This document shows, in pieces, positions 50,690 through 61,346 of a stretch of DNA of 64,000 nt. This DNA is from Blepharisma stoltei ATCC 30299. Taxonomy: Eukaryota; Protista; Ciliophora. The stretch lies in the NCBI GenBank assembly GCA_965603825.1, contig CBFDEM010000021.1:885585-949584 (forward strand). Reading direction: 5' to 3'. The notes beneath the pieces are model-generated. The model saw nothing but the letters and a program-made list of their open reading frames with translations. It was not told the DNA's origin and ran no database searches. Both the position numbers and the translations under genes were made by a program. Each line of letters starts with the position of its first letter. Within the stretch, counting starts at the first letter, position 1.

Positions 50690-52726
50690 TTAGTATTCTG
50701 TTAACTGTTCTTTCAATAGCTGAATTATTGCATTCCTCAATTCGATTATTTCGCATCTGCATGCAAGTCTGACCATCCTTTTCTCTTCATCTACCTCTGC
50801 CATCACAAAAATAAGCTTCTCTTTCTGACTTACCCCAAATAGCTGATTCGCTGCAAACGTGCTTACTTCATTTGAAGTCAAAATCTGAAAAACTCCATTG
50901 AATGACAGATCTTTGGCGATTTTCTTTAATGGTCTGGGGTTTTGCAGTTTTATTGAAATTTCTCTATTTGTCGAAGCCACCCTTTCCCACTGCGCAAAAA
51001 TTTCATTAAGAGAAATTTCTGGACACTCAAGAAATCTAGCTAAGGTTATTGGGATATTTAAAGAAAGTTCTTTTAAGTGGCCTTGTCTAATCCTGATTTT
51101 CATTTTTGGGACTGTGCCTGTCACTCGAGTAGATGTTGCATTTAGCCTTCTGTTATCTTGTGAGCCTTGAGGCGTGATATTGGTAGAACTTATTGGCGTG
51201 ACATTGATCGTAAGCCCTTCCCTTGAGTAGTCAGGGACTTCTGTAATTAGCTCAGTGATTGGGTCTGAGCTTTTGTTTCCTATATAAATCATCCCAACAA
51301 CTTGATCGTTTGATTTGGCGACCTGAATGCCAATCTGCACATCTTGGTTTTCGTATAAAATCCCTTTGCTTTTTCGGTTGCACTTTTTATAGAATTCTAT
51401 GTTATTTACTAGAGCTTCATCTTCTGAGCTGTCACTGCTCATAGAATCATAAGGATCTGGCTCTTTGCCTTTCTTTGGAGATTTGGCTTCTTCTTGGCCC
51501 ACCCGCAACTGGATTTCTGGGTTCACTCTTGGCTGGACCTTTCCGCTTAAGTTTTGTATCTGTTGGTCTCTTTCTGCTAGCTGAACTCTCAAGTCTTCTT
51601 TTTCTTTTTTGAGTTTATTTATTTCTGCTTGTAGCTTTGCAAGCTGGGATTTATCAACGGAGTTCTGTTCGCGCAGCTGCATAGCGTTTCTTAAGGTCTT
51701 ATTTTCGTTTCTTAAGTCTTGAAGCTCTTTTTCCAGGGCAGCATTGTTTGGGTTGCTAGACATCCCAGGGGCGGGGCCTTGTAAAGGTCTGGATGCTACA
51801 ATGTCTTCATCGACCTCTTGTTCTGAGTCAGATCCTTTTTTTAGATTTTTATAAGTTTCTAAGGCTGATGTTATTCTGTCGTTCAATTCTAAAAGTTCTC
51901 CAGCACCAATATCATCTCCTGAGTTCACAGCAGTATTAATTCTGTTAGCGATTTCTTTTTGAGTTTTATCTAAGTTTTTTGCAATGTCATCTAGAGTCTC
52001 TCTCTCATCTTCTGGATATTGGGTGATCTCTGAAAAGAAATTCAGCATGCTGTCAACCTCAGTTTTAAATTCAGATATAGGCTTTTCTTTTTGACGTTGA
52101 GAGGGCTGCGGATGGGAAATTGAGTGCCTAGCTGACGGAGGAGAAGGAGAAGGCAGAGAATGTTGATAATTCTGAGAGTTAAGGGCAGGGATATTTACTG
52201 ATTGAGAACGATTTTGTGGGTTTGGGAAATGAACTCCTTCTTTGGTTAGTGTATTGTAAGAAACATAATATTGACTTGGCTTCCCATCTGGGCCCATTCC
52301 ATATGCTAATGCCCAAGCTTGAATTCTGTTTAATAACAGCACTAAAAATCTTTTGGAAGCATCCTGATTTCCTGGAGAAGAAGTGCTCATTGGCCCAAAA
52401 ATGTCATTGCCTCTATCTGGATTTGCGCTTTGCTTTCTGTGACGACCCAAAATTGTAAGCCGACTCATAATCTTTTTTTGAGCAAAACTCAAGAAATTAA
52501 CGTTTGAAGTCATCATACATTGGTCAAATAATTCTAATGCTCGCAGTTTTGAAGGCGGATCGACATGCTTGTCTTTAATTGCTTTTTTAACTGCTGTTAT
52601 GACATCTTTTGCTTGAGCTTGGCTGGCCTGTCGGATTACTTCTACAATTGTTTGAGCATTGGCATCATATTCTTCTTGAGATGAAATTGCTGTCTTTACT
52701 AAGGGCTGAAGCTTAAGAGTACTCAT
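50690..52726 (-). CDS. VHS/GAT-like membrane-trafficking adaptor with an alpha-adaptin-type appendage
   Basis: N-terminal helical VHS-like region (KLRALELFDQCM, LLNRIQAWA, YNTLTKEGVHFP). GAT-like ELLELNDRITSALETY and a coiled coil. C-terminal GILYENQDVQIG...IYIGNKS and IPITLARFL...IFAQW resemble the AP-2 alpha ear. Confidence 0.85.
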   Translation of the reverse strand: MSTLKLQPLVKTAISSQEEYDANAQTIVEVIRQASQAQAKDVITAVKKAIKDKHVDPPSKLRALELFDQCMMTSNVNFLSFAQKKIMSRLTILGRHRKQSANPDRGNDIFGPMSTSSPGNQDASKRFLVLLLNRIQAWALAYGMGPDGKPSQYYVSYNTLTKEGVHFPNPQNRSQSVNIPALNSQNYQHSLPSPSPPSARHSISHPQPSQRQKEKPISEFKTEVDSMLNFFSEITQYPEDERETLDDIAKNLDKTQKEIANRINTAVNSGDDIGAGELLELNDRITSALETYKNLKKGSDSEQEVDEDIVASRPLQGPAPGMSSNPNNAALEKELQDLRNENKTLRNAMQLREQNSVDKSQLAKLQAEINKLKKEKEDLRVQLAERDQQIQNLSGKVQPRVNPEIQLRVGQEEAKSPKKGKEPDPYDSMSSDSSEDEALVNNIEFYKKCNRKSKGILYENQDVQIGIQVAKSNDQVVGMIYIGNKSSDPITELITEVPDYSREGLTINVTPISSTNITPQGSQDNRRLNATSTRVTGTVPKMKIRIRQGHLKELSLNIPITLARFLECPEISLNEIFAQWERVASTNREISIKLQNPRPLKKIAKDLSFNGVFQILTSNEVSTFAANQLFGVSQKEKLIFVMAEVDEEKRMVRLACRCEIIELRNAIIQLLKEQLTEY

Positions 52727-53495
52727 TTTATAAAATTATGGAGATTTATGTTTGAATAAGGTAAGTTTTATTATTTTAATAATTTGATCTATAATATCTT
52801 ATTGTAAAATATCTTTGATAAAGAATATTTGGCATTCAAAGCTATTAAAATTATTAAATATATTAGGTTTTAACAAAAGATTTAAATTTTCACAAAATAT
52901 ATTTAAATTTCTAAAATTAATTCAAAATTATTCTTTAAATAAGCATAAATGAAAAATTTCTGATTAAAACTCAGCTTGGCTCATTATTTATTAGAATTCA
53001 ATATTTTTGTAGGCAGCAATCTAAATTGTTTTAGGAACAATAAAAATATATATGAAGCATCTGATTATGAAAATCTATCAATCTTAAAATATCAATATAA
53101 TCGGAATAAATCATTTTGCCATTTGAATTTTATCTTTATAGCGTTTCAATTAAGAAAATAATTTATGCCTAATGCCAATTTATAATAAATCTAGATTATC
53201 CTCTTTATGCGGGTATACTGAAAAGAATTGCAAATCAATTTAGCACATTTTAAAATTTGTATCTGTCTACTTTGATTACTATGCTTTCTTTAAACAAGAG
53301 GCACGCATATTTAATATAACAAATATAGTTCCTAATCGTAAATGAGATAACTAATATAAGCTGCTAGGTTATAGCAAAAGATGAGGCTTAAATTCAAGGT
53401 TATAAATGCTAAATTCTAAATTTAATTCTTTTGGTGTGAAAGTATGCTCACAAAAAATATAGGTTTTGAAAAATTATTAAATTAGTAAAATTGCA

Positions 53496-54535
53496 ATGAA
53501 AAAGTTCTTTAAAAAAGCTGAGAGAGAAACCAGAAGAATTGATCATCAGGTAAAAAATTTGTTGCATATTGCAAATCACCCAGAAAATATTAGTAAATTG
53601 CAAAAAAAGCTTGATGATACCACGAAAAAAATTGAAGACTTAGATAATCAAAAACAAAGGTGAAGGTATGGCGAATCAAAATATGAGCATGATCCAGAAT
53701 TATTAGAGCTTGAAAATAAAGTAAAGTCATTAAGCTATAGAGAATTAATTGAGTTGAACGACAAGATTGAGAATTCTAAAGATCCCTTGAACAATGGTGG
53801 CATATCTCGCCCAAATGAAAAAAGTGAAATAGTTAGTAAAGAGATGAAATTTAGAGAGGATAGGATAATTGACAATATAGAAATTCCAAAAATGATCGAA
53901 AATTATAAGACAGATTTACAATACTATAAGAACATTGAAAGCGAATGTTTAAGCTTATTAGAGCAAGAGAATGGAATTTCTAAAGTTAGAATGCTAAAAG
54001 AAGCACATAAAAAAGATAAACTCGCTTCAAAAATTATTAACGATATACTTCAGGAAGAAGAAAAGCGCTTTTCAAAGCAAATGGATGAGCTTCGAGCATC
54101 GAGGATTAGAAATAAGCTGTTTTTAAAAGATGATGATGAACTGCGTTTTTATGGGAGTAAAAAATGTAATGATAAGCTGATAAGCAGATTAGTTAGAGAA
54201 GAACAGCAACTTAGAAGCGAAGAAAAAAAAATCGATTTACAGATGAATCAAAAAATAATAGAAATAATAGACTCTTACTTTGAAAAGGTGGCAAATAGCC
54301 AGCTGAAAAATTAGTTAATGAAAGCATTAATGAAGAAGCCGTTCAAGATTTTCATAAAATCCGTCCTCCAGAAGAATTTAAGCAGGAAAAACCAAAAACT
54401 GTAGTTCCAGCTGCTAAAGATGATAAAGAAAATGGTCCTTTCAATAGGAACCCAGAAAAGGAAATTCGAAGCATTCATGAAAGTGATATCGTGTATGATA
54501 ACATCCATAGAAGAGATGAGTGTGCGCTATTTTAA
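53496..54535 (+). CDS. Coiled-coil protein, probably ending in CaaX (CALF), with an apparent -1 frameshift at ~54306-54311
   Basis: ATG at 53496 is open (TGA=W) to TAG 54312-54314. The -1 frame continues LVNESINEEAVQDFHKIRPPEEF...RRDECALF to TAA 54533-54535. Confidence 0.65.
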
Positions 54536-54930
54536 ACTGCATAATCTATATATAAATGGTCTAAACAATTCTTTATTATCTAATATAATTATATTTAGTA
54601 AAATTTTATAGTTTAAACTGTAAAATGCTTCTTTTAGGCTTATTGAATAATAATTTTAAAAGAATTTATTCTTATATATTAATAATTTAATATAAGCACA
54701 CACTAACTTAAGCCAAAAATAATGTAAGCAATGTTTTAATTCAGCACAATAGCTGAGGCGTCAATTTAGGATATGTACAACTATAGTAATTATATTTCGT
54801 TTTGACAGAAAAGCTTTTTCGTCTACGTCTTAGTTTTTTACTAGAATTTTAGCTTTTGAGCATATAAAATGCGTTTTTTACAATTTATGGATTTACACAC
54901 CTTTAGCTAAGCTGAACTATCTACAAATTA

Positions 54931-57900
54931 ATGGTTTTTGTAATGTTTTCAAAATGGAGTATAGTTAATATACTTCTTCTGTCCTGGTGCTGTGCAAATC
55001 CAAATTTTCGTACAAAAGGACTAAACTTTGTCCATTCTTATCAAGAGCCATCAAAGTATGAATATACAGCAAGAAGATTGGAAGGCTGTGGACAATTTTG
55101 TAATAGCTGCGATTCTTCTTGATGCAATTCATGTATTCTACCAGATCAAATGATGCAAGATCCAAACGACTATTCTAATTGCATTTGCTCCAGTGGAACT
55201 TACTGTTCTTATGAAAATGTCTGTATTACCTGCAACTCTTACTATTATCCTTATTGTAGCTCTACAGACTCTGGATGCCTTGCTTGTGGAGAGAAATGCA
55301 AAACCTGCTCTTCAAGCAATTCTTGTTCTGAATGCGCCCAGCCTGATTTAATGCATATTGTCAGTTCTTTAGGAAGCTGTGCTTGCAATGAAGGCTACAC
55401 AAGCTACCCATATGATAATAACCAATGCGTGAGCTGCCCAAATTTATGCTCTGCCTGCTCAAGTTTGACACAATGCACTGCTTGTAAACAAAATGCAGAA
55501 CTTGGCAGTAATTGGCTATGCCAATGCAAATTTGGGTATTATTTGAACAACTCAAATAAATGTATAGCCACTTGCAACTCGCTATGTACCTCCTGCAGTG
55601 AAAATGATGGGAATTTTTGCTATGGATGTGTGCCAAATGCTGAATTAAAGGGTAATTCTTGCTCCTGTACTGATAATTCATATTTTGATGCTCAAAATCT
55701 GGCCTGCAGTTGTAGAAATGGGTACTATTTGTCTCATAGCAAATGTATCACATGCAAAAAATATTTATCAAATGCACTGATTAGTGGCGCTTTCTTTTCG
55801 CCATCAATGAGTTTTTTATATGTAGCCTTTTATGTAAATGTGGACATTACAGTTGATGCAGCATGTGATAAAGTACTGCTTGATTCCTCTTTAGAGAAAA
55901 TGGGGAAAAATCCGATTTGCACATGGGTTGATTCCAGAACTTTAAGGATTTCATTAGGATTAGATTTTACACAGAGAATAGACGAAATCTTATTAAATGG
56001 ATTATATATAATTAAAAGTGGAGAAGACAAATGCACACTAGACTACGAGCCACTAGCAGTCAAACCCAAACTTGAAGAAAGCATATACCCTCAAGCAATT
56101 TTATCAGGCCCTTCTTATTTTTCTCTCTGCGGTATCGATCCTCTTATATTTTCTGTAGACCTATCTACAGGATTTATTGGCTCATCTTTTAGCTACCAAT
56201 GAAGTGCGGTTCTGAGCCCATCGAATTCTCTAGTGTCATCAAAAATCGCTGAAAACAAAGATTCCACAATTTATATTTCTCAGCTGTGATTTAATTCCAA
56301 TATACCTGTGACTTCCTTAAACACGACTATAACCCTTACGAATATATTGGGATTATCTAGCAACTTTACGATGGTTACCAAAGTTGTGAAAGAAGACACC
56401 CTTTCAGTCCAGTTTGACCAGGGCAGCAATATGACAATAAAAGCTAGCGATCAAGTTACCTTAAAACCACGAATCGTCCACATGTGCGGCGATTCTACTG
56501 AGAGCATTGACTGAATTTGGACTTTCCAAAAACTAAATTCATCGAATCACTCGCCAGCTCAATTTTTTGGGAGCAATTCTGACAAATTCACAATATACCC
56601 TGGTTTGCTTGAAGTAGGAATGTCTTATATTTTCACTGCAATAGCTTCTCAATTGTCTAATGGCATAAATGTTCTGGGAAATGCTTCTATTTCAATTCAG
56701 GTAACAGATTCTCCGCTATATCTTCAATTGTCAAGGTCCAGCGGAGATACTTCGCCCAATAGAGATTTAATTCTGAGTGCTAGCGAATCTTTTGATCCTG
56801 ACTCTCCATCATCAACTATATTCTATGATTTCTCTTGCAAGAATCATGCAAACGGATCAGAATGTTTAGATTCAAATGGCGAAAAATTGTTTGCCACCAA
56901 TAATTTCTCAAGTACTATAATTCCTTCGTCTAGGTTAATAAAAGGAGCCCAGTGAGACATTAAAGCAAAAATTTATAGAGGTGAAAGATCAGAATCGAAA
57001 GATATTTCTATTCATGTCCATGACCAAGATTCTAGCATAACAGTTGAAATTCCTACTGATAATATAATGATCAACAGTCAGCAATTAAATATATTTTCAG
57101 CTGCAGTTTCAGCAAGACAAGGCTCTGAGATGTGATGGAGCCAGATTTCTGGAAGAGGGGTTAAACTTTCTCCCAATTATTTGTCCACAATTTCTTTTCC
57201 AGCTTACACTTTCAATGAAGGAGAGACATATATTTTTCAACTATATATAATGGAAAATTCTGTTGTTTTCCGATCTCAATTGAACATTACTACAAACTTG
57301 GGTGCCGTTTGCAGAAAATCCACATCAATCGTCCCAGATTCAGGGAGAGCACTATATGATTTTTTTACAATTTCAATATTTGGGTGCTATGATCGTGACG
57401 AAAGTAATTATCCTCTATATTATACATTCCAAGACACCTGAAACGGACTTAACTATACGCTTGGACATGCATCCCAAAGCAATAAAATTACTACTTATTT
57501 ATATTCTGGGACAAATGTGCTGAATGCTCACGTATGTGATCAACTTCTAACTTGCTCAGACTATCCGCTAAAAGTTACTATAAATCCATATGATGCAAAA
57601 CTTTGGCAAAACTCTTCATTGGCATATGCGTATTGGAAAAGCACGATTGATACTGATAATATTCCATCTTCTATTGCGCTCTTTTGCAGCATGTCTGTGC
57701 TTGATTGAAATATATTTGATATCATGTGGAATGATCTGCAGAAATACGTAAGAAATAGTAATATAGTAAATAACAGCATATTGAGCTTAGTTCTAGATGC
57801 TACGCTTTCTTTAACGCTCCAAACAGGCTTGGTGAGCTTAGTCTTATATCATGGAATTTTCAATTTGCTTGGAGGCATATTGGCTAATAATCCATCGCTA

Positions 57901-59475
57901 ATTCCTACAGTTCAGGATATTAAAAAAATCGTTTTAATTGGAGAAAATTATTTGCTTTATGGTAGAAATAGTAAATATCGAGATCAAGCATTTGAAAAGT
58001 ATATTTGGACACTAGACCAGTTTTATAATCAATGAATAGTTGCTTCCACAGCTCTTGATTTAGTGACACAAAGCTCGCTAAATGGCAGCCAAAATACAGA
58101 AAATACTCTTATTTATAATTATAGAAATTTTCAAAGCAAGTGATTGAATTGAACCATGAATCTTGGAAGCTCTGGGTCTATCAAATTCCCAGCATCACTT
58201 TCTTTCGACAATACAGATATCATGAATTTTAGAGTTATTTATTACAATAGCTCAAAAGAGGACAGTCAACATTTTGGAATTATTTCACTTGGATTTTCAA
58301 ATTCAGGAAGCTATAGCAATTATGCACTATTAACTCATAAAGCAGACGCTAAACCTTATTCAACTGTTCAATATCCTTTTACCATTGAGCTACCCATTTA
58401 TAAAAAATTTAATTCAGAGCTAAATTGCTTTTTTTATAACGAAGCTATCTCCAATTGGACAAGCTCGTATTGCTCCAAATCTAAAGTTAGCAATTCCAGT
58501 ATTTCTTTTGCAGTTACCCATTTTTCTATGTATAAAATTTCAGAAGATCCAGCAACAATTCCTAATAAAGATGACGATGATGATAAAGATGATAATAAAG
58601 ATAAAGAAAAAGATGATAAGCATAATTACGCCCCCATCTTTATCCTTGTTGGAACTATAATCTCTCCTTTTATCCTTATTCCTATTTTCATGTTCTTTGA
58701 CTTTATTATCCATAAAGGCATAAATTGCAACAAAAAATCAAAAGATCGTAAAGAAAACCCAAGTGAAATAAAAGATCTGGATATATACAGAATACAAGCA
58801 GGTGGTGATTCGCCAGAAACTGCTTATAGAAGCAATAGTATTCGATCTCCTCAAGAAGAGGGTCCAAATTGAACTGAAGGTTCATTTGCAAAGCATAATA
58901 AAATTGAGCAAGAGGAAGAAGAAAATCCCAAGTCAAAGTGTAAAAAGTTCGAGACTGTGCTGGAGAAGCTGATTGAAGGGCATTTGGTACTCGGATTTCT
59001 AGCTTTATACAGATCCACTCTTTCAAGGCTATTAAAACTTTTTACCATCATGACTATAATTTTGTTTGAGTTATTTTTGGAAGGGCTTTTCTTCTATATA
59101 TATGAAGACACTGAAACCTTAATAGCAAAATCCACACAGTCCTTGTTTATCCGTTATCAAGCCCACTATTTTCTTTATACGGTTTATGCACTTTTAATAA
59201 CTTTCCCTATAGAAATACTCATGGTTATGACGCTATGCATCGATTATTCACCAAAAAGTTTTGGATTCAGATTTTCTATTGTCTTGGGGACTATTTTGCT
59301 TTCTGGCTCGATTGTGGGAATCCCTATCCTAAACAAATATATTATGCGCTCCTGATGTGGGTTTTGGGCAATTAGTTATTTATATGGAGCTTTAATCGAG
59401 ATTTTTGGTATTCAAATGGTTTGGATGATGTTCAGATACATTTTTGTTTATTGCATGCCAAAGATTAAAAATTAA
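54931..59475 (+). CDS. Polycystin-1-like surface protein: signal peptide, furin-like Cys repeats, REJ-like region, GPS, ~5 TM (~1514 aa)
   Basis: All track ORFs in the 54931 frame up to 59355 join with TGA=W; stop TAA 59473-59475. Motifs LSASESFDPD (REJ/PKD), GPS CFFYNEAISNWTSSYC...VTHFSMY, and PKD1-like EGHLVLG...SRLLK...GLFFY. Confidence 0.88.
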
Positions 59476-61346
59476 TCAGTATAATATTTGAATTTGCCAT
59501 AGAAATAGGAGAAAATGCGGAAAGCAATTAATTTTAATATTTAAATAGGTAATATGCCGGGTGACTGCTCAAGAGCATCTGCCATTTTTAAAAGTGTGCC
59601 GATGGTCTACCAAGAGAACTAGCTTTGATAGAGAGAGCATCTTCGAATTTTTTGTAGACTTTGACGGCTCAAGAGTGAGTTTTCTGTCTTCCTTGAGGCT
59701 GGCTCCTTCACTACCATGGATAAAAATTTTGAACTAGATTTAAATAGATATATCCGATTATTTACCATTTAGCTAATAGAAATAAAGGATTATTTGCTTT
59801 TTAGAACAAGAATTAAGCAGGCTAAATTCATAAAACTAGTGATTTTTAATAATAAAGTTTGCCTAAAGTGCATATTGCCTAGCATAAAGTCTAAATAATT
59901 ATTCTTTTCCGTTGAAACCTGTAAAATGCTGATTAAAGTTTCAAAGCAAGATATTTGTAAATTTAGGCCACTTTAGACGCTCATCATATAGAAATTTCAG
60001 CAAGAAAATTTGTTTGCCAATGAGCTAGACTATTTTGGAATAAATATTTTAAATAATAATTTTATTGATGCCAATTATAACTAAAATCAACAAAAGTTTT
60101 CAATAGCATTATAAAAATTGACACTCTAATAAATATTTTCGATTAAAGCAAGCGGCATGCTTAACTATGGGGTAAGTTTTCGTGAGATATGGATAAATTT
60201 GGGAAAACGTTGAAAATCTGTGAAGAGCTCGCTTTATCAAATGTTCGGCATGCTATTAAAATAATTTAAGACTATTTTCTAAATAAAGTAAAATAAATTA
60301 ATCCTCACTGAAATCCTAAATTCCTATCAAAAATTTGCTAGATTTCTAAGAAATTATGATTATTTGCATGGAAACCTGACTCTCTATAATTCAAAGGAGC
60401 TTAGTCTCCTAGAGTTCCTTTGGATACCATTCCAACATTGAAAAACTTTATTTTGCTAGTTTAAAGCTCTTTATAAATCCTAAATATAGGAAGTTTTGCC
60501 TAAAACCTGGCCTGCAAAAATTTAGCACTAAGATGCACAACAAACTCCTTTCTATTTTATCCATTTTTGCTATCAAATTATTTTAAAGATTAAGCGTATA
60601 AATTTAAGTAAAAAACGATGCAAGAGAAACGCTACAGTTATAATAAAATTTAATATAAATTATTTAAATATTCATATCAGGTTGTTTGCAATGCAATTTT
60701 GCATTAAATTTAAAGCAAATTATAATGAATTTAAAAAATATTTATAATTATTAATATGAGCACTGGTAAGGTCAGCACATCTTCTTCCAGCCTAAAATTA
60801 CAGGAAAATAAAAAAGTATTGATAAAAGCAAAGCAATAAATGCAAACTGCTCTTATACAAATGAAAATTACTCAATTGCTCTCTATCAAAACAGAAATTC
60901 ATACAAATTAAGAAAATTTTTCTTTAAATCTACCAAAATTAAGCGATTCTAATGATTTTTGCTTACTAGATTCAAAATATTTCTGTGACAAATCCAAATG
61001 GAAAAAAGCATCGAAAGCATAAAAAAGGTCAAAAGTAGAGATTTTTAATAGAGTTACTGATAAATATTGCTTGCTTGATTCTGATCTTAATGAGCATTCT
61101 CTATGCAAATGTGCAGGTCTTTGCATTTTCCCTGATTCATTAAGCAAGAAGACTGCCTCTTTTAATTTAAGTCAGCGTGCTCTAGCTTTTACCAAGTTGT
61201 CAAGATATATTATGGACTAAACATATACTGACATTCTTATAAAGTTTCATATAAATAAATTAAAAAGAAATTATTGTAGCAATCTATCAAACTCAATAAT
61301 ATTAGCATTAATTAAGATTATAAAAATGCTCCTTGTAAGCCTAAAG

